Shown here in pieces: positions 31,789 to 42,156 of a stretch of DNA of 64,000 nt (positions are counted from its first letter, which is position 1; each line of letters starts with the position of its first letter). The stretch is taken from positions 1,376,001 through 1,440,000 of the forward strand of contig CAWDXG010000001.1 in NCBI GenBank assembly GCA_963806225.1. The letters run 5' to 3'. The position numbers and the translations under genes were made by a program. The DNA comes from an uncultured delta proteobacterium. Lineage in GTDB: Bacteria; Myxococcota_A; Polyangia; Polyangiales; Polyangiaceae. The notes under the pieces were generated by a model, which was not told where the DNA came from, did not search any database, and saw nothing but the letters and a program-made list of their open reading frames with translations.

Positions 31789-31982
31789 GTTCCCTCTGCA
31801 GGGTACGCGAGGTGCTAGTAACGAATCCCTTACAAGTCATCTGAACCAGGAAGGCGGATCGCCGACCGAGAGCTGGGCCCGGAGCATGCTCACCGGGAAG
31901 CCGGAAGTCGGGGTGAGTCTCCCACCTAGCGAGGCTAGGGGTTCGGACTACGCACGACCACGCGGCCCAGGCGGTCAGGAAC
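31789..31982 (+). ncRNA. ssrS: 6S RNA candidate
   Basis: About 194-nt rod: GTTCC/GGAAC, GGG..CGCG..GTGC/GCAC..CGCG..CCC, TAGT/ACTA, an asymmetric A/C-rich internal bubble, TCTGAACC/GGTTCGGA and a CCCACC...GGGTTC motif typical of 6S. Confidence 0.78.
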
Positions 31983-32116
31983 CCATGAACGGGCCGGCGC
32001 GAAAACGCCGGTCCCGTTCTCCTTTGTACGCTCTGCCCTGCGGCAAGCGGGTGGGCCCTTTGTCGCCGCGTGGCCCTTTCGTCGGCGGCGTGTCTCGGCT
32101 ACCGTCTCGCCGCGTA

Positions 32117-32926
32117 ATGCAGACGCACGCCGAATCCGCCACCCTCGTCCGGAAGCTCCAACCCGGGACAGCCCGCCGCCGGTCGGCGTGGTGTGTACGG
32201 CTCGTGGGCCTGTCCACATTGGCGCTCGGGATGGCTCTTCCGCTCACGGCGGACGCTGCCAAGGTGAAGGGAGCCGTGAAGAACTTCCGGCTTCTGGTCA
32301 ACCCGGTCTGGGAAGAGGCCAAGAGCCCGAAGCAGCACGGCTACTCCTTCCGCGAGCCGGTGCCCACGGTACGCGCCGAGTTCCGCCGGTTGTTTCCCGA
32401 CATCCCGAAGGAGCTGTGCATCGCCGCGCTCGCTTCGGAAAAGCAGAAGCCGGAAAAGCCCATCCTGATCCGTGTGGGGGGCGGGCGCACCACGCCGGTG
32501 ACCATCGTCGTGCCGCCTGGCACCACGCTCCAGTTCAAGAACACCGACCCGTTCACGCACCGCCTGTATGGCGTGAAGATCTCCACGTTCCAGGCGAACG
32601 ACACGGTCAAGGGCGGAACCCGTTCGTGGACGGTTCCGGGCAAGGGCACGTTCGAGATCCGTGACGAGCTGGCGCCCAGCCTGCGCATGTGGATCGTGGG
32701 CGAACCCAACGTTGCAGCGATCGCCTATCCCTCGAAGAAGGGCGAGTTCCTGCTCACCCTCGGTGAGCCCGGCAACTACACCGTCCAGGCCTTCTTCTCC
32801 GGCAAGAAGGTGGGCGACCCGAAGCAGGTCACGGTCGGCCAGAAGGACATGGACATCTCGCGCACTCCGATCAAGGTGGCCGCCTCGAAGAAGCAGACCA
32901 AGGCGGCCGACAAGAAGGGCAAGTAG
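32117..32926 (+). CDS. Secreted beta-sandwich protein (cupredoxin-like / carboxypeptidase-regulatory-like)
   Basis: Signal peptide ending ADA; VVPPGTTLQFKNTDPFTH; start uncertain. Confidence 0.7.
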   Translation: MQTHAESATLVRKLQPGTARRRSAWCVRLVGLSTLALGMALPLTADAAKVKGAVKNFRLLVNPVWEEAKSPKQHGYSFREPVPTVRAEFRRLFPDIPKELCIAALASEKQKPEKPILIRVGGGRTTPVTIVVPPGTTLQFKNTDPFTHRLYGVKISTFQANDTVKGGTRSWTVPGKGTFEIRDELAPSLRMWIVGEPNVAAIAYPSKKGEFLLTLGEPGNYTVQAFFSGKKVGDPKQVTVGQKDMDISRTPIKVAASKKQTKAADKKGK

Positions 32927-32929
32927 GAG

Positions 32930-34555
32930 ATGCTGCTATCCCGTTTCTGGTACGTGCTGCTCGCCCTGGTCCTGGGCGGCGCGATCTTCGTCCTGTTCCT
33001 GGCGACCAGCATGTACAACCGCGCGGGTGCCCGGAACATGGGGGAGGGGCTTTCGGCCGATAGCCAGGTCGTCTCCTGGTACCTGAAGAACGACGCCCGC
33101 TCGCGCTCCGCACAGCTCATCAAGTTCGCGCTCGATCCCGACGTTGCGAAGTACCTGGCCAAGGCCAGCGCCGACGAACAGAAGGTGCCGTCGGACGCCC
33201 GCGACAAGGTCCGGGCGGCGCTCAAGCGGGTGAGCGAGAAGATCCCGAAGGACGAGAACTTCGACGCCGTGTTCGCAGTCGACCAGAACGGCCGCGTGGT
33301 GGCGTTTCTCGGCTACGACCAGGCCAGCGGCATGGAGGACTTCGAGCTCGGAGGCTATCCGGTCGTGGCCGACGCACTGCACGGTTACATCCGCGACGAC
33401 ACACTGGTGCTCGATCGCCTCTACCGGGTGGTAGCCCGCCCGGTTGAGTTCGACCTCGGGCAGATGCCGGCAGGCGCGATCGTCGGCGCGCGCATTATCG
33501 ACGACCGTTTCGCGCGGGAGCTGTCCGCGCGTACCGGTGCTGCGGTGGCTTTCTACGCCAAGGGCCAGCGCGTGGCGTCCGGCGCTCCGGAGGGTTTCGA
33601 CAAGAGCCAGCTCGACCAGATCGTCGGGGACCTCGAACACCTCAAGACCGACAAGGACTACCAGGAGAAGGGCCGCAGCAACGTCCGCACCATCAGCGGG
33701 CTGCTCGGCGTGGTGTACGCGCGGCTGCCGGGTGAAGCGTGGCAGCTGGGTGCGGGCTACGCAGTCGGGCGTCTGCCGTACCACGTCGCCGGCCCGTTGG
33801 GCTTTTTCAACAAGGCGGACGACGTCGACAAGAAGAACGCCAACCTCCTGCTCGTGGCGCTGATCGCGCTGATCGGCGCGTTGCTCGGCATCCTGTTCAC
33901 GGTCTTCGAGCACACGCGGCCGCTGCACGTGTTCCGTACCGAAGCCAGCCGGCTTGCCAAGGGCGAGACCGACCAGATGCAGCCGAGCAAGTTCCGCGGC
34001 GTCTACCGCAAAATCGCGTCCGATCTGAACGACGGTATCGATCAGGTTGCGGCCAAGGGCGGCGTGCCGCGCCGCGCCGCGGATCTGAAGCAGGTGCTGG
34101 GTGATATTCCCGACCAACCGCAGATGAGCGCGTTCAGCTTTCCCGGTGACCCGGCGTCGTCGGGTCCGGAGAGCAGCCCGCAGCCCAGCCGTCCGCTTCC
34201 CTCGGCCCCGTTCCAGCCGTCGGCGCCCAGTCACCCCGCGGCGTCGACGCCCGGCGTGCCCGACGCGACCCAGGTCTCTCCCGGCACGCCTCCGCGCCGT
34301 CCGCCGCCGCCGAACCGCCCGGGCAAAGGAGCCGACAGCGAGGCCGACGAGTGGCGTCGCGTCTACGAGGAGTTCGTCGCGACGAAGCAGCAGTGCGGCG
34401 AGAACGTCGAGGGTTTCACGTACGAGAAATTCGAGCAGACCCTGAAGAAGAACCAGGCTGCGCTCGTCCAGCGACACGGCGCCAAGCGCGTGAAGTTCAG
34501 CGTCTACGTGAAGGAAGGCAAGGCCGCTCTGAAGGCGAGCCCGATCAAGGAATAG
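32930..34555 (+). CDS. MXAN_5187-family membrane protein (TM, periplasmic sensor-like, TM, HAMP-like, Pro-rich, conserved C-terminal domain)
   Basis: C-terminal WRRVYEEFVATKQQCGE...TYEKF...VKFSVYVKEGKAALKA. Confidence 0.82.
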   Translation: MLLSRFWYVLLALVLGGAIFVLFLATSMYNRAGARNMGEGLSADSQVVSWYLKNDARSRSAQLIKFALDPDVAKYLAKASADEQKVPSDARDKVRAALKRVSEKIPKDENFDAVFAVDQNGRVVAFLGYDQASGMEDFELGGYPVVADALHGYIRDDTLVLDRLYRVVARPVEFDLGQMPAGAIVGARIIDDRFARELSARTGAAVAFYAKGQRVASGAPEGFDKSQLDQIVGDLEHLKTDKDYQEKGRSNVRTISGLLGVVYARLPGEAWQLGAGYAVGRLPYHVAGPLGFFNKADDVDKKNANLLLVALIALIGALLGILFTVFEHTRPLHVFRTEASRLAKGETDQMQPSKFRGVYRKIASDLNDGIDQVAAKGGVPRRAADLKQVLGDIPDQPQMSAFSFPGDPASSGPESSPQPSRPLPSAPFQPSAPSHPAASTPGVPDATQVSPGTPPRRPPPPNRPGKGADSEADEWRRVYEEFVATKQQCGENVEGFTYEKFEQTLKKNQAALVQRHGAKRVKFSVYVKEGKAALKASPIKE

Positions 34556-34698
34556 CCCGCTTCGGGGAATAGACTCCCACCTCCGGCGCTTCGGCCGGGC
34601 GAGAAACCGCGGCTTGTCCTGCCGCGTAACGATGGATCCACGCCCGGGCCCGGGCGGTACTTGGGCCCGAGCCGGCAATTTGCTAGGAACACCCCGCT

Positions 34699-35670
34699 AT
34701 GAGCGAACCCAGGCTTCACAAGGTTCTCATCATCGGTTCGGGCCCCGCGGGGCTCACCGCCTCCATCTACGCCGCACGCGCGAACCTCCAGCCGTTTCTG
34801 GTGGAGGGGTTCAACGCCGGCGGGCTGATCCCCGGCGGCCAGCTCATGTTCACGACCGAGGTCGAGAACTATCCGGGTTTCCCCACCGGCATTACCGGTC
34901 AGGAAATGATGATGAAGTTCCGCGAGCAGGCGGAGCGCTACGGCACCGAGATCGTCACCGCGGACGTGACCAAGGTCGATTTCTCCGAGCGGCCTTTCAA
35001 GGTCTGGGTGGGCGAGGACGAGGACATCCTGCACCTGGCGAAGACGGTGATCGTCTCCACCGGAGCGCGCGCCAACTACCTCGGACTCGAGAGCGAGGAG
35101 AAGCTCAAGAACAAGGGCGTCAGCGCCTGTGCCGTGTGCGATGGTGCGCTGTTCCGCGGCGAGGACGTGGTCGTTGTCGGCGGCGGTGACACGGCGATGG
35201 AGGAAGCGACGTATCTCGCGGGCCTCTGCAAGAGCGTCACGCTGATCCATCGTCGCGACGAGTTCCGCGCCTCCAAGGTCATGGAGGAGCGCGCACTGTC
35301 GAGCGACAAGATCACGGTGCTCCGGAGTCACGTCATCACCGAGGTGCTCGGCGTCGAGGAGGACAAGGTCACCGGCGTCCGCGTGAAGGATCTGAAGACG
35401 GACAAGGTGCGCGACATCAAGGCTGCCGCGATGTTCGCCGCCATCGGCCACACGCCGATGACGGACCTCTTCAAGGGCCAGCTCGAGACGCACGACAACG
35501 GCTACCTGAAGATCACCAAGCCGGGCACCACATACACCAGCGTGCCGGGCGTGTTCGCGGCCGGCGACGTGGCGGACTGGGTCTATCGCCAGGCCGTGAC
35601 GGCGGCGGGCACCGGTTGCATGGCCGCGCTCGACGCCGAGCGCTGGCTCGGCGCCAACGACGGCCACTGA
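34699..35670 (+). CDS. trxB: Thioredoxin reductase
   Basis: IIGSGPAGLTA, VENYPGF, SACAVCDG, RQAVTAAGTGC. Confidence 0.97.
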   Translation: MSEPRLHKVLIIGSGPAGLTASIYAARANLQPFLVEGFNAGGLIPGGQLMFTTEVENYPGFPTGITGQEMMMKFREQAERYGTEIVTADVTKVDFSERPFKVWVGEDEDILHLAKTVIVSTGARANYLGLESEEKLKNKGVSACAVCDGALFRGEDVVVVGGGDTAMEEATYLAGLCKSVTLIHRRDEFRASKVMEERALSSDKITVLRSHVITEVLGVEEDKVTGVRVKDLKTDKVRDIKAAAMFAAIGHTPMTDLFKGQLETHDNGYLKITKPGTTYTSVPGVFAAGDVADWVYRQAVTAAGTGCMAALDAERWLGANDGH

Positions 35671-35712
35671 TCGCGGCGTCGCTCCGCGCCCTGCCGTGCT
35701 AGACACACGGAC

Positions 35713-36637
35713 ATGAGCGCGGAGCCCCGCGAAGACCCGGTGGAGGAGCTGGTCGAGCTCGCCCAGGCCCTGCGCGCCCACGCCGAGTGGCAGGCCTCCA
35801 CCGGCGCCACGGGGCTCGAGCGGGCTAGCGCGGAGCTCAGGGCGGAGCGGGAAGCCGCAGCCCCCGCGGAGCCCGCACCTCGCGCAGAGGCTCCCGCGTC
35901 GGCGCCTCGGCGCCGAGAGGCGGGCTCTCTGCCGTCCCCATCGGCTGCTGTCGCCGAGCGGCCGCCGCCGGCGGAGCCTACCCGGCGGGTGGCGGAGCCG
36001 GCTCCAGCGCCGGCGTCCGGTCCGTCGGCGGGACAGGCCGCGTCGGCGGTTCCCGACGAGCAACGGGCAAAGCGCCTCGAGCTCCTGGCGACGGAGGTGT
36101 CGGGGTGCACGCGCTGCCCGCTGCACGAGGCCCGCACCCAGACGGTCTTCTCGCGCGGTACATCCAGTTCGGGGCTGTGCTTCATCGGCGAAGGGCCGGG
36201 AGCGGACGAGGACGCACAGGGCTATCCGTTCGTCGGCAAGGCGGGGCAGCTGCTCGACAGGATGATCGCCGCGATGGGCTTCGAACGCGACGAGGTCTAC
36301 GTCTGCAACATCGTCAAGTGCCGCCCGCCCGAAAACCGCAAGCCGACTCCCGAGGAGATGGCCGCCTGCATGCCCTATCTCGAAAAGCAGCTGGAGCTGG
36401 TCGAGCCCAGCGTGATCGTGGCGATGGGCGCGACGGCCGTGCAGGGGCTGCTGGGCACGACGGGCGGCATCACCCGGATGCGTGGAAAGTGGCGGCTGTA
36501 CAAGGGCAGGATCGCCGTGATGCCGACGTTCCACCCGGCGTACCTCCTGCGCACGCCGCGAGCCAAACGCGACGTTCTGGGAGGATCTGCAGGCGGTGCT
36601 CCGGCAGATGGGCCACCCTATCCCATCGCGGAGCTGA
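35713..36637 (+). CDS. Uracil-DNA glycosylase family 4; +1 frameshift near 36576
   Basis: CTRCPL, GEGPGADED, NIVKCRPPENR, TFHPAYLLR; removing one T restores DVWEDLQAVL and the TGA at 36635. Confidence 0.9.
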
Positions 36638-37117
36638 TGGCAGGCATCGCCGACCGCGCTGACGGACGGACTCTGGGCCGCGTGACGCGGGGCGTGTTGA
36701 TCTTCATCGGAGTCTCGCCGTTCATTCCGCATCTGGTCGAGGGCGTTCCGGTGCTCGGTTCCATCGGTGCGGCGCTCGACGCCTGGTTCTCGTTCCAGTG
36801 CCAGCGCGATCCGGCGCGCACGCTCCACTTCCTGGGGCGCCTCTTGCCGGTGTGCGCGCGCTGTCTGGGCATCTACCTCGGGCTCGGGCTGGGCGCCGTG
36901 CTGCTCAGGCCACGGCTGGGCGTGTGGCCGCTGCGCATCTGGGTGGGCGTAGCAGCGCTGGTGATGCTGCTCGACGTTCTGGACCGAAGCGCTCGGCATG
37001 CGCCCGCCTTCGGCGTCGCTCAGGCTGTTCACGGGCCTGCTCTTGTCCTACCCCGTGGGCGCAGCACTGGTATGGAGTGCGCGCGAGCTCTGGCCCGCGC
37101 GCGGCGAGCGCGGGTAG
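36637..37117 (+). CDS. DUF2085-like membrane protein; +1 frameshift near 36977
   Basis: CQRDPARTL...PVCARCLGIYLG; the shifted frame gives TEALGMR...RLFTGLLL. Confidence 0.75.
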
Positions 37118-37121
37118 GCGT

Positions 37122-38885
37122 CTAGAAACCGAACGTGTAGCCGAGCGAGGGCTCGAAGACCTGGCCCGAGGTCGGCAGCATGAACATGATGTTGACGTTC
37201 AGCTGCAGCCCGCTGTTCTTCGTGAAGGCGTACATCGCGCCGCCGCCGACCGAGATGAAGCCCTGTCCAAGCTTCTTGTAGGCGTCGAGCTGGAGCGTCT
37301 TGCGGGGAGGCGTGGTCTGCTTTCCCTGGGCGCAGGCGGCGTAGTCGTTCGTGCTGCGAACCGTCTGGTCGTTGGGCGAGGCCCCGTTGGCGCAATCGGC
37401 GATCGTCACTGGGAGCTTCGCGTCGACCTGCGCCAGCCCGCCGCCCACCTTCACGTACGGGCGGATCCCCTTCTTGCCCAGGACGTCGTGGCCGAACCAG
37501 TACTCCGCCTGGACCTCGCCGTGCAGCGGCAGGAAGGAGGCATTGCCGGCTTTGGGTCCGCCACCGAAGGCGTAGCCGGCCCTCACGCCGATCATGATGT
37601 TCCCCGTGATGGCGCGGTCGTACGAGACCAGGATGCGCGTCGTGGCGATCGCCAGGCCGGTCGCGATGCGGTCGCCCGCTCCGGGCTGGGGATCGAAGCC
37701 GTACTGATCGGAAGTGTTGCTGTAGAAGCAGGCGAAGCCGTTGTTGGCCTGGCTATTCTGCGAGCAGACATCCGTCCCGCCCATCAGCGCGACGTCCTGC
37801 GCCACGTGGACGCCGATCCAGTTCTTCTTGTACGGACCCGCCGGGCCGCCGCCGCTTTCGCCCATCTGGCACTTGCCGCTCACGCACTTGCCCTGGGCGC
37901 AGTCGGCGTCGATGTCACAGGAGGGCGCGCTCTCGCAGCTGCCGTTGAGGCACACCAGGCCTTCCTTGCACTCCGCGCTCTCTTCGCAGGTGTCGCCCCA
38001 GCCGCGCGTGCCGTGCGATGCGCCGCCGCCGCCCGACTTGCAGCCCGGCAGACCGGGCGGGCATTCGACCTCTTCAGCGCAGCGGTCCGGGGGATCGCGA
38101 TCGGGGAAGGACGGCGGCTCCGCGTCGGTCTTCGGCACGATCTTGAACTCTGCGGGCTTGCTCTTGCTGCCCCACTGGTCGACCGTGTCGCCGGAGGAGT
38201 CCTTGGCGCGCACGTACACGCGCAGAGGGCCTGCAAGCTTCGTCGCCGAGCACGGCACCGTGCCCTGGAAGAACTTGCCGTGCTTGTGCATGTGCACGGT
38301 CTTCCAGTGGTCCCCGCCGAATTCCTTGTAGCGGACCTCGGCCTTCACGGCGTCTTCGTCCGTCGTGCAGCTGACCGGAATGGGACGACGCGTCTGCACC
38401 TCGCCCACCTCCGGCGTGCACTGCATCTCGCCGGGAAGATTCTCGTTGAACGGCTTCTTCCCTCCACCACCGAGGTTCACGGCGGTTCCGCCGCCGCCGC
38501 CGGCCGCCGCCTGCGCGTCTGCGAACGTCTTCTTCGTGTCGGCGGTGGCCAGGGCCGCGTCGAGCTGGACGCCGTTGTCGGTCGCGAACGCCTTGTCGAA
38601 TGCCTCGCGCGCGCCGGATTGGTCCTGCTTGCCGCTCCCCCGCACGATGCCGACATACATCCACGCCTTGGCGATCACCGCCGGACTGCAGTCGTGACCG
38701 CAGGCGCGGATGGTCCCGGTGAGGATGCCCTCGGCCTTGTCGAATTTCGTGACCAGGTAATACTGGTTGATCGCCTTGTCGATCTCCTTCTTCGCCGCGT
38801 TGTCTTTCGGCGCGGCGCTCGCGAGCGAGGAAAACAGGAGGACGAAGGCAAGACTGAGGAGGATGGGGAGCGGTCGGCGATACAC
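37122..38885 (-). CDS. Secreted TPR, Ig-like, Cys-rich and C-terminal beta-barrel-like protein
   Basis: Signal peptide; AREAFDKAF TPR; Cys repeats; amphipathic strands ending YTFGF; GTG start inferred. Confidence 0.8.
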   Translation of the reverse strand: MYRRPLPILLSLAFVLLFSSLASAAPKDNAAKKEIDKAINQYYLVTKFDKAEGILTGTIRACGHDCSPAVIAKAWMYVGIVRGSGKQDQSGAREAFDKAFATDNGVQLDAALATADTKKTFADAQAAAGGGGGTAVNLGGGGKKPFNENLPGEMQCTPEVGEVQTRRPIPVSCTTDEDAVKAEVRYKEFGGDHWKTVHMHKHGKFFQGTVPCSATKLAGPLRVYVRAKDSSGDTVDQWGSKSKPAEFKIVPKTDAEPPSFPDRDPPDRCAEEVECPPGLPGCKSGGGGASHGTRGWGDTCEESAECKEGLVCLNGSCESAPSCDIDADCAQGKCVSGKCQMGESGGGPAGPYKKNWIGVHVAQDVALMGGTDVCSQNSQANNGFACFYSNTSDQYGFDPQPGAGDRIATGLAIATTRILVSYDRAITGNIMIGVRAGYAFGGGPKAGNASFLPLHGEVQAEYWFGHDVLGKKGIRPYVKVGGGLAQVDAKLPVTIADCANGASPNDQTVRSTNDYAACAQGKQTTPPRKTLQLDAYKKLGQGFISVGGGAMYAFTKNSGLQLNVNIMFMLPTSGQVFEPSLGYTFGF

Positions 38886-39001
38886 TGATGGTCCTCCGGC
38901 GGGGGAGAGTCGCATTCGAGCTTGGTCGGGGTCGGGTCCTGGAGAGGAAAACCCCGCCCGCGATCGAGCGGGGGTCTGGGGGTCATCCCGGCCCGCGTCG
39001 T

Positions 39002-40153
39002 CTACCTGGACGACGTGGGGGGACAGCCTTTCTTGACGCCTTCGGTGCGGATGAACTGCACGCGGCGGTTGAGAGCGCGGTGCTGTGGCGTGTCGTTCGG
39101 TACCAGCGGACGGTCGAAGCCGAAGCCCTTCGAAGTGAGCCGCTCATGCGAAATGCCGTGCTCGACGAGGTAGGTCATCACGGAACCGGCTCGCCGGTTG
39201 CTGAGCTTCTTGTTGTACCTGGCGCTGCCGCGGTTGTCGGTGTGACCCTGGACCTCGATCTTGATGTCCGGGTTCTTGTTCATCACGTCCACGACCGCAT
39301 CCAGCACCGGGTAGCTCTCGCGCCGGATCTTCGCCTTGTTGAAGGCGAAGTGGATCTGCTGCGTGATCTTGATCTCGCAGTTGGTGACCACCACGAGTGC
39401 CGGCTTGACCGGACATCCCAGCGGCTGCTTCGTCGACGAGCCGGGTGTGTTCGGGCACTGGTCCTTCAGGTCCGGAACGCCGTCCTTGTCGTTGTCCGGA
39501 TCCGGGCAGCCGTCGTCATCCTCGTAGCCATCGGGATCTTCCGGCTTGTTCGGGCACTTGTCCGTCTTGTCCGGGATGCCGTCGAGATCGTTGTCGACGT
39601 CCGGGCAGCCATCGTTGTCGAGATAGCCGTCCTTGTCCTCCGGCTCCAGGATGCACTGGTCGGTGGAGTCGGGGATGCCGTCGCCGTCGGTGTCCGGATC
39701 ATCCGGGCAGCCGTCGTCGTCCTGGTAGCCGTTGAAGTTCTCGGGCTCGTCGGGGCACTTGTCGTTCGGGTCGAGGTATCCGTCACCGTCCCGATCGCCC
39801 GGAGCCGGCTTGGGCTTGGGCTTGGGCGCCTCGACGAAGCCGCGCTCGGCGCAGACTTCCGGGGGCGAGAGGAAGTACGCCGCATGCGCGTTCGGGTCGG
39901 CGATCCACAGGTGCCTCTCCGCCTTGGAGACGAAACCCTGGTCGAGCTCGAGCGTCGCGAATTCCAGGTGGCTCTGCGCCAGCGCTAGCTCGCGCGGAGC
40001 GCAGCGGATGGCGCCATTGCGCTCCGCCTGCTTGGTGAGCTTCTCGAGGCCCGCGATCTTGCCGCGCAACCGCGGCGCCTTCGCGCACGCGCTGCCCAGC
40101 GCGATCAACACCACGGTGAAGATCGTCAGGCGTCGGTAGAGCCTGCCCATCAT
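39002..40153 (-). CDS. OmpA-family lipoprotein with DUF4398-like N-terminus and thrombospondin type-3 repeats
   Basis: DxDGDG...DKCP repeats; IEVQGHTD, LSNRRA, NRRVQF. Confidence 0.93.
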   Translation of the reverse strand: MMGRLYRRLTIFTVVLIALGSACAKAPRLRGKIAGLEKLTKQAERNGAIRCAPRELALAQSHLEFATLELDQGFVSKAERHLWIADPNAHAAYFLSPPEVCAERGFVEAPKPKPKPAPGDRDGDGYLDPNDKCPDEPENFNGYQDDDGCPDDPDTDGDGIPDSTDQCILEPEDKDGYLDNDGCPDVDNDLDGIPDKTDKCPNKPEDPDGYEDDDGCPDPDNDKDGVPDLKDQCPNTPGSSTKQPLGCPVKPALVVVTNCEIKITQQIHFAFNKAKIRRESYPVLDAVVDVMNKNPDIKIEVQGHTDNRGSARYNKKLSNRRAGSVMTYLVEHGISHERLTSKGFGFDRPLVPNDTPQHRALNRRVQFIRTEGVKKGCPPTSSR

Positions 40154-40482
40154 CGACCTGCTCCCCGGTGGGCCTGGCGCGCGAGCTTGATCGCCTTGAC
40201 GGCGTACTCCTCGCTGGCCTCCGCGAGGTTGGTCGCGTCGCCGTAGTCGGCTTCCGCGGCTTCCTGCTCCGCTTTGATGAGGTGCGCGCGCGCGTAGTAG
40301 TACTCGTACGGCGCGTACTGCTCGGCCCCAAGCTCCTTCGCTTCCTCGACTCTGCTGGAAGCGGAGTTTGCCTGGATAGCGTACAGCGTGTTGCCGCACC
40401 CGACTGCGCCGAGCATCAGCCCGGCCAGCCCGAACACCGCCCAGATTGGAACCGCTTGGCGGCTTGCATGGCTCGTCTTCAA
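40150..40482 (-). CDS. DUF4398-family lipoprotein
   Basis: Lipobox AVGC; GAEQYAPYEYYYA; TTG start after AGGAG inferred. Confidence 0.85.
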   Translation of the reverse strand: MKTSHASRQAVPIWAVFGLAGLMLGAVGCGNTLYAIQANSASSRVEEAKELGAEQYAPYEYYYARAHLIKAEQEAAEADYGDATNLAEASEEYAVKAIKLARQAHRGAGR

Positions 40483-40771
40483 GTGACGCTCGCTCCTACG
40501 ACAGCCCATCCGTTGACCCCGGCTCGCAGGCCAATTTTCCGCTCAGGACGCTAGCAACGCGGAGAAGACCGCGTCAACAGCCCACGTGCGGGATGGCGGC
40601 GGAATCGGTCATTATTTCCGGTCGGGTCAGGCCGACCCGATGCCTGACGCACCGCGCAGTCGGACTCCAGCCTCCGGGTCCGCGGTCCGGGCGGGCTCCG
40701 GGGATCGCTTTCGCCGGTCGGCAGGCCGCACAGGACCGGCTGCTCGACGACAGCAGCGCCAAGCGGGCGAG

Positions 40772-41410
40772 TCAGATGCGGCGGTACACGCCGACGACCT
40801 TGCCGAGCAGCATCGTGGACCGGAAGTCCGTGGCCCGGACCAGGATCGGCGCCATCTCCGAGTTGGCCGGTTGGAATCGGACGTAGTCCTTCTCGGGGTA
40901 GTAGTACTTGACGGTCGCCTCGTCGCCGATGAGCGCCACGACGATTTCCCCGCGTTCAGCGGTCGACTGCTTCTTCACGAAGATGTAGTCGCCGTTGAGG
41001 ATCCCTGCTTCGATCATCGAGTCGCCCTGCACACGCAGCCCGAACACGTCCTGGCCGCCGCGGACCAGCATGCGGTCGATACGAACGGTATCGATGATGT
41101 TCTCTTCCGCCAGTAGCGGAGCACCCGCGGCCACCCGGCCGAGCACCTGCACGTCGACCAGGTCGTCGTTGTTCGGCGCAGCGGGCTTGGACACCGCAGC
41201 CTCGACCAGCTTGAGCGCCCGGCTCTTCATGTCTTCGCGGCGGAGGTAGCCCTTGCGTTCCAGCGCGCGGAGGTGATCGTTGACCCCGTTCGTTGAACGG
41301 ATGCCCATGTGTTCGCCGATTTCCCGGAGAGTCGGCGGATAGCCGCGCTCTTCGATGGACTGGCGGATGAACCCCAACGTCTGCGCCTGGCGCTTCGTAA
41401 GACCCTGCAT
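40772..41410 (-). CDS. lexA: SOS repressor LexA
   Basis: [23 protein letters not shown] cleavage site, GDSM and ATVK catalytic residues. Confidence 0.97.
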   Translation of the reverse strand: MQGLTKRQAQTLGFIRQSIEERGYPPTLREIGEHMGIRSTNGVNDHLRALERKGYLRREDMKSRALKLVEAAVSKPAAPNNDDLVDVQVLGRVAAGAPLLAEENIIDTVRIDRMLVRGGQDVFGLRVQGDSMIEAGILNGDYIFVKKQSTAERGEIVVALIGDEATVKYYYPEKDYVRFQPANSEMAPILVRATDFRSTMLLGKVVGVYRRI

Positions 41411-41412
41411 GG

Positions 41413-41448
41413 CCGTTCAAGGATACTGAACGGGTGTAGGCCCGTCAA
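41413..41448 (-). promoter_or_regulatory. lexA sigma70 promoter with overlapping candidate operator(s)
   Basis: Minus strand TTGACG-N17-TATCCT; the spacer contains CTACACCCGTTCAG; CCGTTCA-N7-TGAACGG spans the -10 element. Confidence 0.7.
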
Positions 41449-41616
41449 ATTCCCTGTGCACCTTTTGTGGATAGCCGGATTAGCCGGTGATCCCGGGTGG
41501 TTGCAGCGCGAGATCTCGGGCCGTGGATGCGAATCCAGCGTCCGGGCGCGCACAGATCCTGCACGCGCGCCCTCTGGACGCCGATCCAGACAGCGCCCCG
41601 AGCCTGGAGGTGCGGT

Positions 41617-42081
41617 TCAGAACTTCCCGCTCACCGAGAGGAACGTGAGCTTGTCGGTCGTCTCGCGCAGCCGCGCGACGAGCATCCGCACGATGCTCCA
41701 GAGCACCTCGTAGGCCAGATCCTTGTGCAAAAAGAGCAGGTCGTCGAAGCCGTCCTTCGCGATCACCAGCAGCCGGCAGCGCTCGTGGACGCGCGCGTCG
41801 GCCGATCGCGGCGACTCGTCGAGCAGCGCCATCTCGCCGAACACCTGTCCGGGGCCCAGCACAGCCAGCGCTTCCTCGCCCATTCCAGGCACCTCGCGGC
41901 TGATGCGGACCTTGCCCTCGAGGATCAGGTACAACTTGTCGCCCGCGTCGCCGTGCTGGAAGATCTTCGTGCCCAGCGCGTGGCTCTCTTCGCTCGACAC
42001 CTTTGCGATAAGCTCGAGTGCCTCGGGCTTTAGCCCCGAGAACAGATCGATCCGGCCCAGCTGCTCCACACGCGTCTGCAT
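41617..42081 (-). CDS. Stand-alone cyclic nucleotide-binding domain protein
   Basis: IFQHGDAGDKLYLILEG, FGEMALLDESPRSA. Confidence 0.92.
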   Translation of the reverse strand: MQTRVEQLGRIDLFSGLKPEALELIAKVSSEESHALGTKIFQHGDAGDKLYLILEGKVRISREVPGMGEEALAVLGPGQVFGEMALLDESPRSADARVHERCRLLVIAKDGFDDLLFLHKDLAYEVLWSIVRMLVARLRETTDKLTFLSVSGKF

Positions 42082-42156
42082 GCAGTCCGGCACTCTAGCC
42101 GAAAGCCGCGCGGCCGGCCCAAGCCTTTGGCCTCGCGCAGGCCCGGACCCTGCCGG

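Noticed and set aside
35713..37125. Apparent 470-aa UDG-DUF2085 fusion ORF
   Set aside because: One extra T near 36576 explains it; correction gives a normal UDG end and a TGATG-coupled second gene.
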